From an uncultured bacterium (GTDB taxonomy: Bacteria; Deinococcota; Deinococci; Deinococcales; Trueperaceae): a stretch of 24,801 nt of DNA. The notes under the pieces were generated by a model. The model was given only the letters and a program-made list of their open reading frames with translations, had not been told where the DNA came from and ran no database searches. This document shows positions 23,507 through 24,801 of the stretch, in pieces. Made by a program: the position numbers and the translations under genes. The stretch spans positions 1-24,801 of the forward strand of contig CAZBBU010000001.1 in the NCBI GenBank assembly GCA_964489965.1, in the 5' to 3' direction. Numbering within the stretch: the first letter of the stretch is position 1; each line of letters begins with the position of its first letter.

Positions 23507-24801
23507 ATGCACCGGAGCGACCTGCTCGCCACTTTGCTGGAAACACATGAGGGCGCGACCAGCGGCAACAGCAGCCTCGTGCTGCTCAGCGGCCCGGCCG
23601 GCATGGGCAAGAGCTGGCTGGCCGAAAAGTTCAGGCAGCAGCTGGATGGCTTCGCTCCGCTGGTCCGTGGCGGTCCACTGCTCCCGTCGCTGCTGCGTAC
23701 CGCCTACCCGGTCCTGCATCAGGATCGCGACGCAGCGTTGCAGCAGGTACTGCTGGCATTGCGGCCGGGTGGACCGTGGCAGGACCGGAAACTGTCAGAG
23801 GCAACAGCGCTGCAGCCGGACCGGGCTCCACTCGACCTGGCGGACGCACTGGGCCGGGCGGCGCGGCGTCAGGCGGGCATGTGCCTGATCTTCGAGGACG
23901 CTCACGCCTGGCGGGCTGAGGACCTGCGTGGCTTCGGCCGCTTCTGGCTGCGTCTGCTGTCCAGCCGGGCACCCGTGATGACAGTGGTCACTTCCCGCGA
24001 GGCGGAAACGGACTGGTGGGCTTCACTGCGACGCGACACGCTGGCCTTCGGCGGAACGGAACCGAAGCAACTCAAACTTGAGCGGTTGAACTCCGAGGCG
24101 CAGAGCCAGCTGACCGGCAGTTTCCTGCACGGGCTGTCCTACCCGAAGGAACTGGATACCTGGCTGGCGCAGCGCGCCCAGGGTCACCCGCTGCACCAGC
24201 TTGAACTGCTGCGCTTCCTGCTGCAGGGCGGCTCGCTTCTGCGTGGAGAGATCACCTGGAAGCTGCGCCTTCCGCCCGACGAGCTTCTGCCACAGGACCT
24301 GACCGAGTTGCTCGGCAGCAGACTTGCAGCGCAACCACCCGGAAACGTTCTGCGCCTGCTGCAGCTGCTGGCGCTGCTGGACCGGTCCGTTGCGGCCGAC
24401 GAGGCCGCCCGGATGCTGAGGTTGAGCCCGCATGAGCTGCAACAGCTGGCGCAGACCGGAGCCCCGGGCCTGCTGCACAGTCAGCTTGAGAACGGAGTCA
24501 CGACCTTCAGCCTGGACCACCCGCTCCTGCTGCCGGAAGTGAGGCGCCGCATGAGCGGGCAGGAAACCGCTGAAGTGCGGGCCGCCATCGTCGCGGGAAC
24601 GCCGCTCATGAGTGAGAAGGCGCGTCACGGTCGGTTGCTGCACCTGGAGGAAGCGTTGGAGTGGACCCGGCAGGCCCTCTCAGAAGCACTGGCGGGAGAC
24701 CAGTCGGCGGCCGTGGTCGAGGCCTGCGAAGCCCTCTTGCCGACGGCCAGCGGGGAGGAGAAGAACAACACCTCTGGTGTTAAGGGAGTGACATGGCACG
24801 C
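23507..24801 (+). CDS. STAND/AAA_16-type P-loop ATPase, 3'-truncated (absent from ORF track because it has no stop)
   Basis: Manual translation is open from ATG23507 to the window end. Walker A GPAGMGKS (23591-23614), Walker B CLIFED (23882-23899), GxP motif GHPL (24182), then a helical region. Extended -10 TG-C-TATGGT at 23487-23495. Confidence 0.85.
   Translation, partial: MHRSDLLATLLETHEGATSGNSSLVLLSGPAGMGKSWLAEKFRQQLDGFAPLVRGGPLLPSLLRTAYPVLHQDRDAALQQVLLALRPGGPWQDRKLSEATALQPDRAPLDLADALGRAARRQAGMCLIFEDAHAWRAEDLRGFGRFWLRLLSSRAPVMTVVTSREAETDWWASLRRDTLAFGGTEPKQLKLERLNSEAQSQLTGSFLHGLSYPKELDTWLAQRAQGHPLHQLELLRFLLQGGSLLRGEITWKLRLPPDELLPQDLTELLGSRLAAQPPGNVLRLLQLLALLDRSVAADEAARMLRLSPHELQQLAQTGAPGLLHSQLENGVTTFSLDHPLLLPEVRRRMSGQETAEVRAAIVAGTPLMSEKARHGRLLHLEEALEWTRQALSEALAGDQSAAVVEACEALLPTASGEEKNNTSGVKGVTWH

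Noticed and set aside
1-24801. CRISPR arrays, tRNA/rRNA, transposases, integrases, att-like direct repeats
   Set aside because: No regularly spaced repeats, cloverleaf or rRNA signatures, or recombinase motifs seen by eye.

Overview
High-GC bacterial chromosomal window with no rRNA, tRNA, CRISPR array or transposase that I can recognise. Signal peptides ending in 'LA|Q' and several apparently leaderless genes suggest Deinococcota (Trueperaceae-like), but that is inference. Left to right: a polyol (SmoEFG-like) ABC operon with two Zn-dependent dehydrogenases and no ATPase in view; dut; a YbaK/EbsC protein; an Fe3+/FbpA-type ABC binding protein and permease, again without an ATPase; a SoxR redox module (thioesterase, DHA2 efflux MFS, flavin reductase under a perfect SoxR operator, soxR, ferredoxin-reductase-like flavoprotein); a secreted hypothetical protein; a beta-hydroxyacid dehydrogenase coupled to an MFS that seems to need a CTG start; sulP, mnmD and a ferrochelatase of the animal/fungal [2Fe-2S] type; ybaN; a candidate small RNA with a strong terminator; an S66 peptidase; an APH-fold kinase; a patatin; and a 3'-truncated STAND-type ATPase missing from the ORF track, whose last 41 nt switch to a phage HNH-AP2-like motif. 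Family calls come from motif recognition and recalled sequences, not from database searches.
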